A model generated the notes under the pieces. It was not told the DNA's origin and searched no databases. It saw only the letters and a list, made by a program, of their open reading frames with translations. Of a stretch of 64,000 nucleotides of DNA, positions 31,767-41,598 are shown piece by piece. The stretch comes from a virus. A program made the translations under genes and the position numbers. Location: positions 1 through 64,000 of IMG/VR virus record IMGVR_UViG_3300009514_000005; one strand, written 5' to 3'. Within the stretch, counting starts at the first letter, position 1; every line of letters starts with the position of its first letter.

Positions 31767-32548
31767 TATTGTTGAGAAGCCAATAAAGTCTCCATCTTCT
31801 GAGCCAACCCCTGAAGTAACGGCTGCAATTCATTATTCACATCAACACCAACCTTAGCCGAAGCATCGACAATAATCTTTATCGCGTTAAAAGTTTCAGT
31901 ATTAGCATGAATCAAAACATGATCTTTTTTACCATGAGAAAAAATTACAAAATTACTCGACAAAGAATTCCCGTGGTCCTTAAATATCCGGTCCAAAAAG
32001 CTGGCAAACTTATCGGGACTATTTTTTATCGACTCACTGTTCTCTAATTTGTTGATTAAGTTATCCGGAAGACCTGAGTTTTTCAGTTGCTTTGAAACAT
32101 CCTTCACCATCTTCTTCCAAACATTATCCTGAGTAACGGCAAAAATCTGCTGCAAAGAATCGTGTCCAAACTTCTGGGACATTCTCTCATACATTTTAAC
32201 AAATTTATCATTATTAACCTTTCCCTGAATCGCATTAAGACGAAAGGTAACCAAATCAAAAAGATCTCGATCCTGCCATTTTTCATCAGTATGAACAACC
32301 GCTGGGATATATTCCAGCCCAGCAATCTTGGCCGCTCTCCATCTGTGCTCCCCGCCAAGAATTATATAATTACCATCTTCTTTCGGAACGACATTGATTG
32401 GATCTAAAAAACCAACTTCCCTAATCTCTTCAGCAAGCCTTTCTAAAGTCTTTTCATCCATTTGATTGGTGTTATCTTCATTTGCAATTAATGCATCAAC
32501 ATGAATATCAACAGACTTTAGCGATCCTTCTTTAGTCTTCTCCATCAC
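31766..32548 (-). CDS. ParB/Sulfiredoxin N-terminal domain protein
   Basis: N.N.MD...L.RL.EEIREVGFLDPI.V....GNYIILGGEHRWRAAK. Confidence 0.85.
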   Translation of the reverse strand: MMEKTKEGSLKSVDIHVDALIANEDNTNQMDEKTLERLAEEIREVGFLDPINVVPKEDGNYIILGGEHRWRAAKIAGLEYIPAVVHTDEKWQDRDLFDLVTFRLNAIQGKVNNDKFVKMYERMSQKFGHDSLQQIFAVTQDNVWKKMVKDVSKQLKNSGLPDNLINKLENSESIKNSPDKFASFLDRIFKDHGNSLSSNFVIFSHGKKDHVLIHANTETFNAIKIIVDASAKVGVDVNNELQPLLQGLAQKMETLLASQQ

Positions 32549-33401
32549 TATTCTCCCTAGATGTTATCTCGGCCAAATAATCTGATCCGTATAAAATCTC
32601 TCTTTCTTCATCATCAAACACAACAATCCTTAGCCCAAAAATACTTTCATACTTTTTCAAAAAACCAACAGCAAAGTCTTTTCCTTCTTCATCAAAGTTG
32701 TTGCTGCCAATAAAATCCTGAGCAATACAAGCCAGAGCCCCGCCATTTGTAATCCCGTTGCTAGTTTCCTTAACCATGTCAATAGCTTTTCCAACGGTAA
32801 TATGATCCTGGGCAGAAAATGAAAATGAAACATGCTTTGTGGATGCTTCTGCTCCGGTTCCACTAATATTATCTGAAATTTCTTCTGCCCTTTTTCCGGC
32901 CTCCTGAGGATCATCCGGGATAAGACTTTTCAAATATCTTTTTACTTCTTTATTTAAAGTCTCAACATTCATACTTTGAGCCTTATTCACCCACTCATCT
33001 ACGTTTTCATGGTTGGCAACATGAACTAACTCTTTAGCCTTGCTCCATCCGACTGACATCACCTTTTCGAAAACAGATTTATTGCTTTGGCGATAATAAA
33101 GAAGCTCATAAATCTGAATCAGATAAAGAGCCTTTGTGATTTTAAACTCCACCTCAATAGAAACATATTCCTTAAAGCTTCCATAATTCCAATTTCGGAA
33201 CCATTCCTTTTTATTCACACACCAAAGAAGATGACACAGTTCACGGTAATCGTTATCAATGCGATCTCTAAGCTCTTTGACTCGGTCCCTGACATTATTT
33301 GAATCCATCCCATCAACTGTATTCTCAACCGCAATCATTGGCTGAGTGTCTGGAACAAATTCCTGAACACTGGTTTCATCAACAACATCTTCATTAGACA
33401 T
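32532..33401 (-). CDS. hypothetical DNA-binding protein (DUF3102-like helical region)
   Basis: YGSFKEYV..E..FKITKALYLIQIYE...VGWSKAKEL pattern; coupled to the ParB-like gene. Confidence 0.5.
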   Translation of the reverse strand: MSNEDVVDETSVQEFVPDTQPMIAVENTVDGMDSNNVRDRVKELRDRIDNDYRELCHLLWCVNKKEWFRNWNYGSFKEYVSIEVEFKITKALYLIQIYELLYYRQSNKSVFEKVMSVGWSKAKELVHVANHENVDEWVNKAQSMNVETLNKEVKRYLKSLIPDDPQEAGKRAEEISDNISGTGAEASTKHVSFSFSAQDHITVGKAIDMVKETSNGITNGGALACIAQDFIGSNNFDEEGKDFAVGFLKKYESIFGLRIVVFDDEEREILYGSDYLAEITSRENSDGED

Positions 33402-33412
33402 AACTTCTCCCC

Positions 33413-34258
33413 TTATACTTCAGCGAAACAAAGACTCGACACAGAACACTCTTTAGCCTTCTTGCATTTTGAAGTATCACAAGCAGTTCTTGGCGGAAGA
33501 ATTTTAGTGTCTAGTCCGTTCTTTACAGATTGTATCTTTGACCTCACATCTTCAATAAGTATTTTATCAAATCTTTGAACGTACTGCGTAATAAGGCTTT
33601 CATCCTTGTCAAAATAAACAATGATCCCTCTGGGTATTTGAGCAAGCCACATATAAATATTAGTCTGATATTTATGAGACTCTAACGCATTACGCCTTTG
33701 ATTGGTAATATATCGGAACGCCTGGCCATTAGAAGTTTTTAACTCGAGCAGCCATTCGGCTCCATCATAAGGAGACACAATAATTCCATCCGGTTTAGCG
33801 CTTATAGGATAACCTTCTGGCCCATGGAACTTCATCTCTTGGTATCTAAATTCGGATTCAGCCTTGCATCCATCATGACAAGTTTTTGGCCTCAAGCAAT
33901 TATGATAGCTTTTGCCACAAGCCAAACAATGCCAATGCCCCTTAAGCCATCCCCATTTTCCAAACCAATTATCCTGAGCCCATTGATGAAAAGCGTTGCC
34001 AACATCAAAAGTCATCTGAAGATTATGAGAAATTGTCTCTGTCTCTTGAATATTATTAAGGCTTCTCAACACTTCCTTGCGCGGACAAAGCTCATACATC
34101 CTAGATGGCCAAAAATTATCACCAGGCTTGTGAGGCTCGCGGATTCTTTCAGTTGTTAATTTCTTTTTAGTCTCCACCAAAAGATCAAAATCTTGTGTGG
34201 TATATTTTTTAAGCTTGGGGCTCATGCCAGATGATTTCAAAACTGAAGCTAAGCTCAT
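33413..34258 (-). CDS. Cas4-like PD-(D/E)XK exonuclease
   Basis: PSRMYELCPR, G..FH, PDG...LLELKT, YQTNIY, C-terminal C....C...C Fe-S ligands; CLACG...CHDGC insertion. Confidence 0.85.
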   Translation of the reverse strand: MSLASVLKSSGMSPKLKKYTTQDFDLLVETKKKLTTERIREPHKPGDNFWPSRMYELCPRKEVLRSLNNIQETETISHNLQMTFDVGNAFHQWAQDNWFGKWGWLKGHWHCLACGKSYHNCLRPKTCHDGCKAESEFRYQEMKFHGPEGYPISAKPDGIIVSPYDGAEWLLELKTSNGQAFRYITNQRRNALESHKYQTNIYMWLAQIPRGIIVYFDKDESLITQYVQRFDKILIEDVRSKIQSVKNGLDTKILPPRTACDTSKCKKAKECSVSSLCFAEV

Positions 34259-35399
34259 TTCTTAATCTCCATTAACCTTTTTTCTATCAACATTGGTCTC
34301 CATTTTTCTTTGTCTTTTTGAAATGCAGCTATCAAATTTTTATAATATTTAATTCTTTGGCCAAGTCGATCTTCTGGCCTTATTTTATCCCCACCAAGCT
34401 CATGCCATATTTTTGAAAAAACATCTCTAACACCCTTTGGTTGCGACCGAAGTTCATTAAATTCTTTTAAAATTGTGTTATCTATTTCATTGCAATAAGC
34501 AACTACCTTGTCTAAGTCTGGATTCCTAAAATCGCCCAACCTGACCTTGCCAAATGTTTTATAAACCTTCAGAACGCTATCGATCATTTCTTTACCAGCA
34601 AACTGCAAAACGACAATATCTCTGGCGTAAACCACCACTTTATCCTTATCCTCATAACTGGGATCTCCGGTTATAACTATAGGCATATCAGATAACGTGC
34701 TATCGAAAACAATCTGAGCGTCTCTGGCCCTAAACTCAAAATCATCGGCCTCCCAGGGAGTAACCCATTTAGTAAAAACATACTTCCTGCTAACGCTAAT
34801 CTCTTTAGCCCGGAGCCTCCTTGCGCATCCCTCAACGTGATCCCGCTCTAGATCATTTTTGTAATTCAAAATAAATCCTTATTGTCTTCGGAATTATCTT
34901 TAACGTATTGCTTAAGCTCAGATATTTCTTTTCCTATTCTAGCCTCGATATATTCGGTAATCTGATCATGAGTTTTATTTATATTATCCATGATGCTCTT
35001 AGGTATTTCCTTTCCAACAGGGACACTAACTCCGACCGATACCTTGGCAGATTCGTACTTCCCAAGATTTACCGTGTGAGAGTAATCCATCCAGATACGA
35101 GCAGGGTTTCCTTCAAAAAATTTTTCATCAATTAATTCCTTATCATCTTTTAAAACCTTGGCCTTGGAAACTTCATCATTTTTTTTGGGATCATGTTTTC
35201 GGATTTCAGCTTTAGTGCTGATTTTTGTAGATACAGACATCACTTCTTTTCCGTCAGCATTGTCTTCCGTGATTACTTCTTTTGTTTTTTTACTAAAAAA
35301 CTTTGGGTTGATTGTTGATTTTTTCTTTTTTGGCGGCATTAAATCCACTCCCTTTTTATGGTATATCTTCAAAACTTCTTTGATTAACCCAATGTCCAT
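34255..35399 (-). other. two hypothetical CDS (34255..34869, 34866..35399)
   Basis: ATGA overlaps within the recombination operon; VNLGKYESAKV motif in the second. Confidence 0.65.
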
Positions 35400-35402
35400 T
35401 CT

Positions 35403-36152
35403 TTAAGCTTCAGCCTTTGCTTCTTTTTTCTGCCTAGCCTGACCAGCCACGATCCTTAAGTGATCACTCTGGACCAAAGTAACGCCTGCAATCTTAGCGT
35501 TCTTGTCTTCTCGGTTAGCATTTTCTTCTTTAAGTTTTTTCTTGATGGCTGTTTTGTCAATAGATACCGAAACGCAGCCATCAATTAACTCCTTTTCTTC
35601 GGGAGTAATATCATCACCCATCTCACGACCTATTACAAGATTACACCAATCTTTCCATCTTTCTTTATCCGTAAAAGAAAACTTATCCTTTACGGAAACA
35701 TCATAATTTTTATACTCATCTGGGACCTCTTCTTCGTTATCGATACGAAGAGATGGAGTGCTGTTTTGGATTCTGGCAACATAAGCCATTCCGTCAATAC
35801 GCTTTTTCTTATTCATGCTAACGGCTTGATAGGTAAGCTCCTTAGTCAAAGAAATTCTAGAGTTAACGGCCTCAATTTGTTTTTTAAGGGCAATCAAATA
35901 AGAATCAAGACCGCTTAAATACATCGCTACTTTATCAATCTTTCCGCCAACAATGTTTTTAGCTTGCTCATGCAGCTCTAAAAGATCATCACCAACTGAT
36001 CCACCCTGCGATTCTATTTCGGCCTCTATTGCAGCAAAATTCTCAGCCAACTCCATCAACGAATACTTTCTACTAACTAATTCCATAATGTAACCTCCCG
36101 CGTTTTTTTGTTCTTTTATATTCATCAAAGTCTTCGAAAACTTGTTCTCCAA
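35403..36152 (-). CDS. Gp157-like (siphovirus Gp157 family) protein
   Basis: KIDKVAMYL, IQNSTPSLRIDNEEEVPDEY, IDKTAIKKKLK, IAGVTL. Confidence 0.75.
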   Translation of the reverse strand: MENKFSKTLMNIKEQKNAGGYIMELVSRKYSLMELAENFAAIEAEIESQGGSVGDDLLELHEQAKNIVGGKIDKVAMYLSGLDSYLIALKKQIEAVNSRISLTKELTYQAVSMNKKKRIDGMAYVARIQNSTPSLRIDNEEEVPDEYKNYDVSVKDKFSFTDKERWKDWCNLVIGREMGDDITPEEKELIDGCVSVSIDKTAIKKKLKEENANREDKNAKIAGVTLVQSDHLRIVAGQARQKKEAKAEA

Positions 36153-37488
36153 AAACTTCCCATCCTTTTGCTTTGTATTTGTTTCGCCTCGAGTTAGCCA
36201 AGATCATTGCGTCTGGAGACTGAGAATCAACCAAATCTAAAACAATTGGCTGTTTCTTCCCTTCCAACAACCTCAGGATTCTACCTACTGGCTGCTCAAT
36301 CGCTTGAGAAGGAGAAGCGAAAATAAGAGTATCGAGGCGCTCAACGTTAAATCCAACTCCAACCAATTGGGTAGTGGCACAAATAACCTTGGCCTTTACC
36401 CCCTCTTCTCTTTCCTGCTTATTTCTTTTACCCGTTAAAAGACCGACAGTGATTCCGGTCCCATCTAGCCTATTCAAAAGTTCATAATAAATATCCTCTA
36501 TATGACCAACCCTCTCAGATAGAATCAAAATGTTTCTACCAGCTTTAGCCGCCTTAACTGATTGCCTGTAAATGATTTCATTTCTAGTGCTAGACTTAAC
36601 CATGGATTTCAAAATCCAATTCTTTTTCCTATCAAGGCTTGCGGTGCTATTCGATGTCCATGTAAAACCAGTATCCACAAAATAAATCTTTGGCTCTAAT
36701 ATCTTTACTGTGTTCATCCCGGAAACAACCGGACCAACATTATACTTAAAAACATCTTCAGCGTTATCTGCTCTCTTTAAAGTACCTGAGAGCCCCAAAA
36801 TATATCGAGCGCCAAAACGGGGAACTGCTTTGGAAAACTCTGGAGCCCCCAGGAGATGACATTCATCACAAATGATGAGGCCAAATTCTTCAAAAACCCA
36901 AGGTGAATAATATTTTTGTGAAAGACTCTGAACCATTCCTATACAAATGTCGTTACCCTTTATCTCCATCTTGTCAGCAAAGAGTCTTCCGTATTTCCAG
37001 GTTGGAAGGAATTTTTTAATACCATCCTCAATCCATTGATCAAGTAAAACAGAAGTATGAACAATAACTAAAGTTTTAACATTTAATCTTCTAGCTATTT
37101 CTAAAGATAAAAAAGTCTTGCCTCCGCCTGTTTTGACTTCAGCAATAGCGCCACCAAAATGGTTCTCCTTCATTGCTTCAATACATTTAACAATGATCTC
37201 TTCCTGACCTTCTCTTGGACAGCAAACTGCATTGGCAGAAGAAACATCGCTGCTTGAAAAACAAGGTGCGAACTCCCCTTCAACATGATTGCGAAGATAA
37301 GTAACGTAGTAACCACGAGGAACGCCAACCCAATCACCCTCTTCCGCCCAAAGATGAATTGGTTCAATTTTTTCCTGAAACGAAGTAGTCTTCCTCGGGA
37401 TGATAGTGAGATCTTGTTTGATCTTCTCACGCATTCCAAAGCCTACAGCGTTACGCTTAAAGCGCACATATCCTCGTGGTATTGGCAT
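36073..37488 (-). CDS. SF2 DEAH helicase (UvsW/XPB-like)
   Basis: KTGGGKT, IICDECH, LSGT, VGFNVERLD, Q.VGRILR. Confidence 0.9.
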   Translation of the reverse strand: MPIPRGYVRFKRNAVGFGMREKIKQDLTIIPRKTTSFQEKIEPIHLWAEEGDWVGVPRGYYVTYLRNHVEGEFAPCFSSSDVSSANAVCCPREGQEEIIVKCIEAMKENHFGGAIAEVKTGGGKTFLSLEIARRLNVKTLVIVHTSVLLDQWIEDGIKKFLPTWKYGRLFADKMEIKGNDICIGMVQSLSQKYYSPWVFEEFGLIICDECHLLGAPEFSKAVPRFGARYILGLSGTLKRADNAEDVFKYNVGPVVSGMNTVKILEPKIYFVDTGFTWTSNSTASLDRKKNWILKSMVKSSTRNEIIYRQSVKAAKAGRNILILSERVGHIEDIYYELLNRLDGTGITVGLLTGKRNKQEREEGVKAKVICATTQLVGVGFNVERLDTLIFASPSQAIEQPVGRILRLLEGKKQPIVLDLVDSQSPDAMILANSRRNKYKAKGWEVFGEQVFEDFDEYKRTKKRGRLHYGIS

Positions 37489-37523
37489 TAATCAACTCCT
37501 AATCAAATAATTAACGCTATACG

Positions 37524-38258
37524 CTAGAAGGGAATATCGTCTTCAGTAAAACTAGGTGGCTGATTATTCGGATCAGTCACATGGTTACTGGCACCTTTAT
37601 CCACATTTTCAGTTGTTCCGCCAAATGGATCCTGATTAAATTCGTCTCGGCCAGAAGCATACTGATCACCACCATTGGCGGAATACTTCATAATAGAAGA
37701 AATTCTATCAGGACTTAACGGCTCCATAACGGATACAAAATCATATGGCTTTCTTGCAAATTCATTAAGCTTATCTAACGGAATAGAATCAATGTCGGTC
37801 TCGCCAACAACCTCAAAATCATTTCCAGAAGAAGGAGACTTCTTCCCGTCTCTCGTAATCTTAACCTTCTTGCCGACCAAGGATCCTCCGGCACTCTTTC
37901 TTCTTCTGTCAAGAGTATCAATACCATCACCCTTAATACCTATAGCTCTTTTAGAAAAAAACCTCTTGGTTCCCTGCTTGTCTACATAAGGAGTTAAATC
38001 TAAAATAGTGTAATACTCAGCATATGAAGAATATGATCCAGAGAAAATAACTGAGTTTTCTTCTGACTCAGTAAAGTTTTTAAACCTACCACCAACTTTT
38101 GCTAAATATTCTTTAATCCCAAACTGAGCATCATCAAGAAATAAAACTGTTCTCGACTCCCCAGGCTTCAAAAAGAATCTAAACAAATCATGTGAATGCA
38201 TTTTATTTTTACGAAAATCCTCACGATTATTATCACCAGGCTTTGAATACCAACTCAT
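37524..38258 (-). CDS. single-stranded DNA-binding protein
   Basis: FFLKPGESRTVLFLD OB-like start, acidic C-terminal tail ending EDDIPF, position in replication operon. Confidence 0.7.
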   Translation of the reverse strand: MSWYSKPGDNNREDFRKNKMHSHDLFRFFLKPGESRTVLFLDDAQFGIKEYLAKVGGRFKNFTESEENSVIFSGSYSSYAEYYTILDLTPYVDKQGTKRFFSKRAIGIKGDGIDTLDRRRKSAGGSLVGKKVKITRDGKKSPSSGNDFEVVGETDIDSIPLDKLNEFARKPYDFVSVMEPLSPDRISSIMKYSANGGDQYASGRDEFNQDPFGGTTENVDKGASNHVTDPNNQPPSFTEDDIPF

Positions 38259-38340
38259 CTTAATCTCCTTATACTGTCATCAAGTGACGTTTACATTTTG
38301 TCTATCAAGATAATCACACGGGAGATAAGTTGGGAAGAAA

Positions 38341-38637
38341 TTATTTTAAGTCTTCTGTTTTAATATCTGACTTATATTTATTGTCACCGTAAAGACTTCT
38401 CGCCTCTTGAACATCAGGACTAATATCTTTATCCATAATGAATTTACGCAGTACGTCTGTAGTGACCTGAACCATGACATGCCCTTTCATAGCGCGGTTA
38501 ATGATCATTTGGTCTGGCTCTAGTTTTACCATTGACTCATCACGACTTAAGGCAAATAAAGCACCAGCAACCCCAACTGCAATACCAAAAATAAAACCTA
38601 TAACGGAAATCAATATCAAATAACTCTGAGAAATCAT
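38341..38637 (-). CDS. small membrane-anchored protein
   Basis: N-terminal hydrophobic helix. Confidence 0.55.
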   Translation of the reverse strand: MISQSYLILISVIGFIFGIAVGVAGALFALSRDESMVKLEPDQMIINRAMKGHVMVQVTTDVLRKFIMDKDISPDVQEARSLYGDNKYKSDIKTEDLK

Positions 38638-40382
38638 GTCATCACCTCGCTGGCCGCTCTTACCACTTCGTCTGAAGTAATATCAGACAAGCATTGCATT
38701 GTCCCAATTTTGCATCCAACAAAAGTTACCGGAGGCTTTTCTTCGTGAAGGCAAAACCTGCATTCAACCTTCGGAACCAAAGCGATTGTCTTGGCCTGCC
38801 TATGGGAAACCCTATACTCTGGACTGGCAACAGTAAATAAACCAACAACAGGAATACTGGTGGTCATGGCCACATGAAAAAGACCCGAATCCATTCCAAT
38901 AAAAACGTTAGCTCTTTGCATTAATTCTCTAATTTCGTGTATGGAAAGATTGTTTACAAGATTCAATGTATTCTTAAATAGGTCGGCCACAAAATCTCCA
39001 CCCTTTCCAACAACAACAACTTTGTTCCCAGCACTAGCAAGTGACCTAGTTACGGCCATCCAGTTTTGTCTGGACCACGTTCTTGTTGGCCAAGACTGAG
39101 CCATATGAACAATAACTATCTTATCTTTGTTTAAATCAATGCCAGAAATTTTCCCTTTTAAAAGCTGATAATCATTTTCATCAGAGAACAATTCTGGAGC
39201 CGGATCAAAATCTAGACCACCAAATACAGCATTGGCATAAGCTTCTGCGATATGCATCTTTGGGCTTCTCTCGTAAACCTGATCCAAATCATAAATCACA
39301 TTAGATGGAATCTGATCTTTTCTAGAGACAACATTTGCAACATTAGGATTACCTTTAAAAATATTTTTAGACCCGGTAGACACCCAAATGTCTTTGTCTG
39401 GATGCCTTCTTTTTAATTCGCTAATAATTCCAGTAGTAAGCAAAACATCACCAAGGGCTCCGGTTCTTACCACTCCGATTATTTTTTTATCAAAATCATT
39501 TTCCTTAAAAGATTTCTTTCCAGATCCATCAAAAACCATTCTCTCTGATCCCTTTGGTTTAACGCTGACAGAATTAAGCAACTCAAGATTTGCCTCATTA
39601 ACGAAGCCATCAAGTTCTGTCATGTTTAAATTGGCAACTAGATTGCTAAATTTCTTAGCCGTGTTCATCTCCTTTATTAGCCAACTGCGACCTTTAACTA
39701 TTTTTGTCTGGACAGTGTTTCCCCTAGTGCCGCCTTCTTCATGTATAGCCTTAACGTCTGAAGAATAATAAACCCTCCATCCATTCCTCCACGCTCTAAT
39801 GCAATATTCCGTATCTTCACAGGAAAGAAAATAGTCCTCATTCAACATTCCGATATCATCAATCATTGATTTTCTAATCGCAAACAATGCCCCCGTCACC
39901 CCAATTAGATAAGACGGCTTAAGAATTACCGGAGAATATGCTGGAGGCTTATGCCATCCTCTATGAGTAAAGTTTGTGCTGACCCGCTCTATACCACCAT
40001 GCTGAACGCTTCCATCTGGATACAAAAGAAGACCACCTACAATGCCAATCTTTTGATGGACATTAAATGCCTCTTCCAAATACTGCACGACTGGCTGAAT
40101 GAATTTAATATCATTATTAACCAGCACAACGATGTCTCCTTTTGCTTGAGCAATCCCCTTGTTAACCGTCTTAGCAAACCCTGAATTGATAACATTGAAA
40201 TCAAAAACATAGCCTCTGGAATGACAAGCATTTCTAAGCTGACTTCTTATACTCTCGTCACTACCATCATCAACAACAATAACTTCATGATCTACGCCAT
40301 TGTGCTCTTCAAAAGTTCCAAGACAATGAGACATAGTCATATTCAAATGATTAACTGTTGGAACTATAAATGAAAATTTCAT
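38634..40382 (-). CDS. GT2 + GT9 (heptosyltransferase-like) fusion glycosyltransferase
   Basis: N-half: IVVDDGSD, N.GFAKTVNKG, VLVNND, SCEDTEYC; C-half: GALGDVLL, FIGMDSGLFHVA, P...CRFC. Confidence 0.9.
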   Translation of the reverse strand: MKFSFIVPTVNHLNMTMSHCLGTFEEHNGVDHEVIVVDDGSDESIRSQLRNACHSRGYVFDFNVINSGFAKTVNKGIAQAKGDIVVLVNNDIKFIQPVVQYLEEAFNVHQKIGIVGGLLLYPDGSVQHGGIERVSTNFTHRGWHKPPAYSPVILKPSYLIGVTGALFAIRKSMIDDIGMLNEDYFLSCEDTEYCIRAWRNGWRVYYSSDVKAIHEEGGTRGNTVQTKIVKGRSWLIKEMNTAKKFSNLVANLNMTELDGFVNEANLELLNSVSVKPKGSERMVFDGSGKKSFKENDFDKKIIGVVRTGALGDVLLTTGIISELKRRHPDKDIWVSTGSKNIFKGNPNVANVVSRKDQIPSNVIYDLDQVYERSPKMHIAEAYANAVFGGLDFDPAPELFSDENDYQLLKGKISGIDLNKDKIVIVHMAQSWPTRTWSRQNWMAVTRSLASAGNKVVVVGKGGDFVADLFKNTLNLVNNLSIHEIRELMQRANVFIGMDSGLFHVAMTTSIPVVGLFTVASPEYRVSHRQAKTIALVPKVECRFCLHEEKPPVTFVGCKIGTMQCLSDITSDEVVRAASEVMT

Positions 40383-41596
40383 GGGTTAACTCCACATTTA
40401 AAGAAACGATCCCAATCATGGGCAACTTTTAGTATTGAATAATTTTCTTCCAAAAATTTTCTGTTGGAATCTAGCCTTTCCATCTTCTCTTCATCAGGAC
40501 AGTTGATGGCATACCGAAGCTTACTATTCCAATCCCAGTCTAAGTTCTGGGCCTCATACCCCCTATTGATAGCGTCGCTATAAGTAACAGACCTTGAAGC
40601 AACAGGTAAAATGTTGAGAGCATTATATTCAATTACTTTTAAACAACTTTTAGCCCAATTAAACGGAAGATCAACAACCGGAGCAATCCCGATATCTCCC
40701 TCTCGAAATATAGCTTTATAAAGAGAAAAATATTGAGCCATTGGAACTAATGAAAAACAAAACAATCTATCTACGGGAATTATTTCAAAAAATGATCTAT
40801 GGATATATCCAACGAATCCAAAGATTACGTCTTCTTCCTGATTAACAATTCTTTTAATAGCTGGGATCACAATCTCTAAATCTTTTTCATGAGTTGGAGA
40901 CCCACCCCATCCGATAAATTTCTTACCCTTTCTGGCTTCTAAAAATTCAGCAGAAGGAATCCTGTCTGTTTCTGGATTTTGATGTGTATATCTTTTGCCC
41001 CTCTTCATTACCACGAAATCATTAGCAGGAGGAGTCACATCGATAAGCTCAATATCCAAGGCGTTTTTAATAACATGAATATTTTTATTATACTCAAGAT
41101 AACTATCACGAAGAGATGGAGTCGTAACGGTTAAAGCATTTGCCGTTGTTAACATTTCCTTAATAATATCTTTTCTTGGCTTGTAATATTGATATCCGGT
41201 GTTCCATTCTGGCACCTTAATGTATTCGTCATCGCTTTCCATCACGACTGGCTTTTTAACGTCTTCCTTGATCATCTTCATCATCCTAAGATGATCTAAA
41301 CTAGTGGGCCTTTGAAACACAATCACATCGGCCCACTCGATAAGATCCATTACTTTGTTCTGCCATTCGGAAATATTTTCAGAAAATGGTTTTTTGCATC
41401 CTACGCATTTCCATTCTCCTTCTTCAAAAAAAGTTCTCTCCTGAATGCCCTTGTCTCGGCATCCATCACAAAGAGCAACCTGTTCTAAAAGCTCTTCTCT
41501 TACTTCATTACCAAGCTCTACAATATGTGGTGTTGGGATTAATACCCGGATCCAATAACAAGAGTCTCTTTTCTTAACGAGATAACCAATTTTCAT
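40379..41596 (-). CDS. GT-B fold glycosyltransferase with Zn-ribbon insertion
   Basis: YWIRVLIP, VIVFQRP, ESDD, VTTPSL, IGWGGSPTH..DL, DIGIAP...FNWAKSCLKVIEY; CDGC...CVGC insert. Confidence 0.85.
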   Translation of the reverse strand: MKIGYLVKKRDSCYWIRVLIPTPHIVELGNEVREELLEQVALCDGCRDKGIQERTFFEEGEWKCVGCKKPFSENISEWQNKVMDLIEWADVIVFQRPTSLDHLRMMKMIKEDVKKPVVMESDDEYIKVPEWNTGYQYYKPRKDIIKEMLTTANALTVTTPSLRDSYLEYNKNIHVIKNALDIELIDVTPPANDFVVMKRGKRYTHQNPETDRIPSAEFLEARKGKKFIGWGGSPTHEKDLEIVIPAIKRIVNQEEDVIFGFVGYIHRSFFEIIPVDRLFCFSLVPMAQYFSLYKAIFREGDIGIAPVVDLPFNWAKSCLKVIEYNALNILPVASRSVTYSDAINRGYEAQNLDWDWNSKLRYAINCPDEEKMERLDSNRKFLEENYSILKVAHDWDRFFKCGVNP

Positions 41597-41598
41597 CT

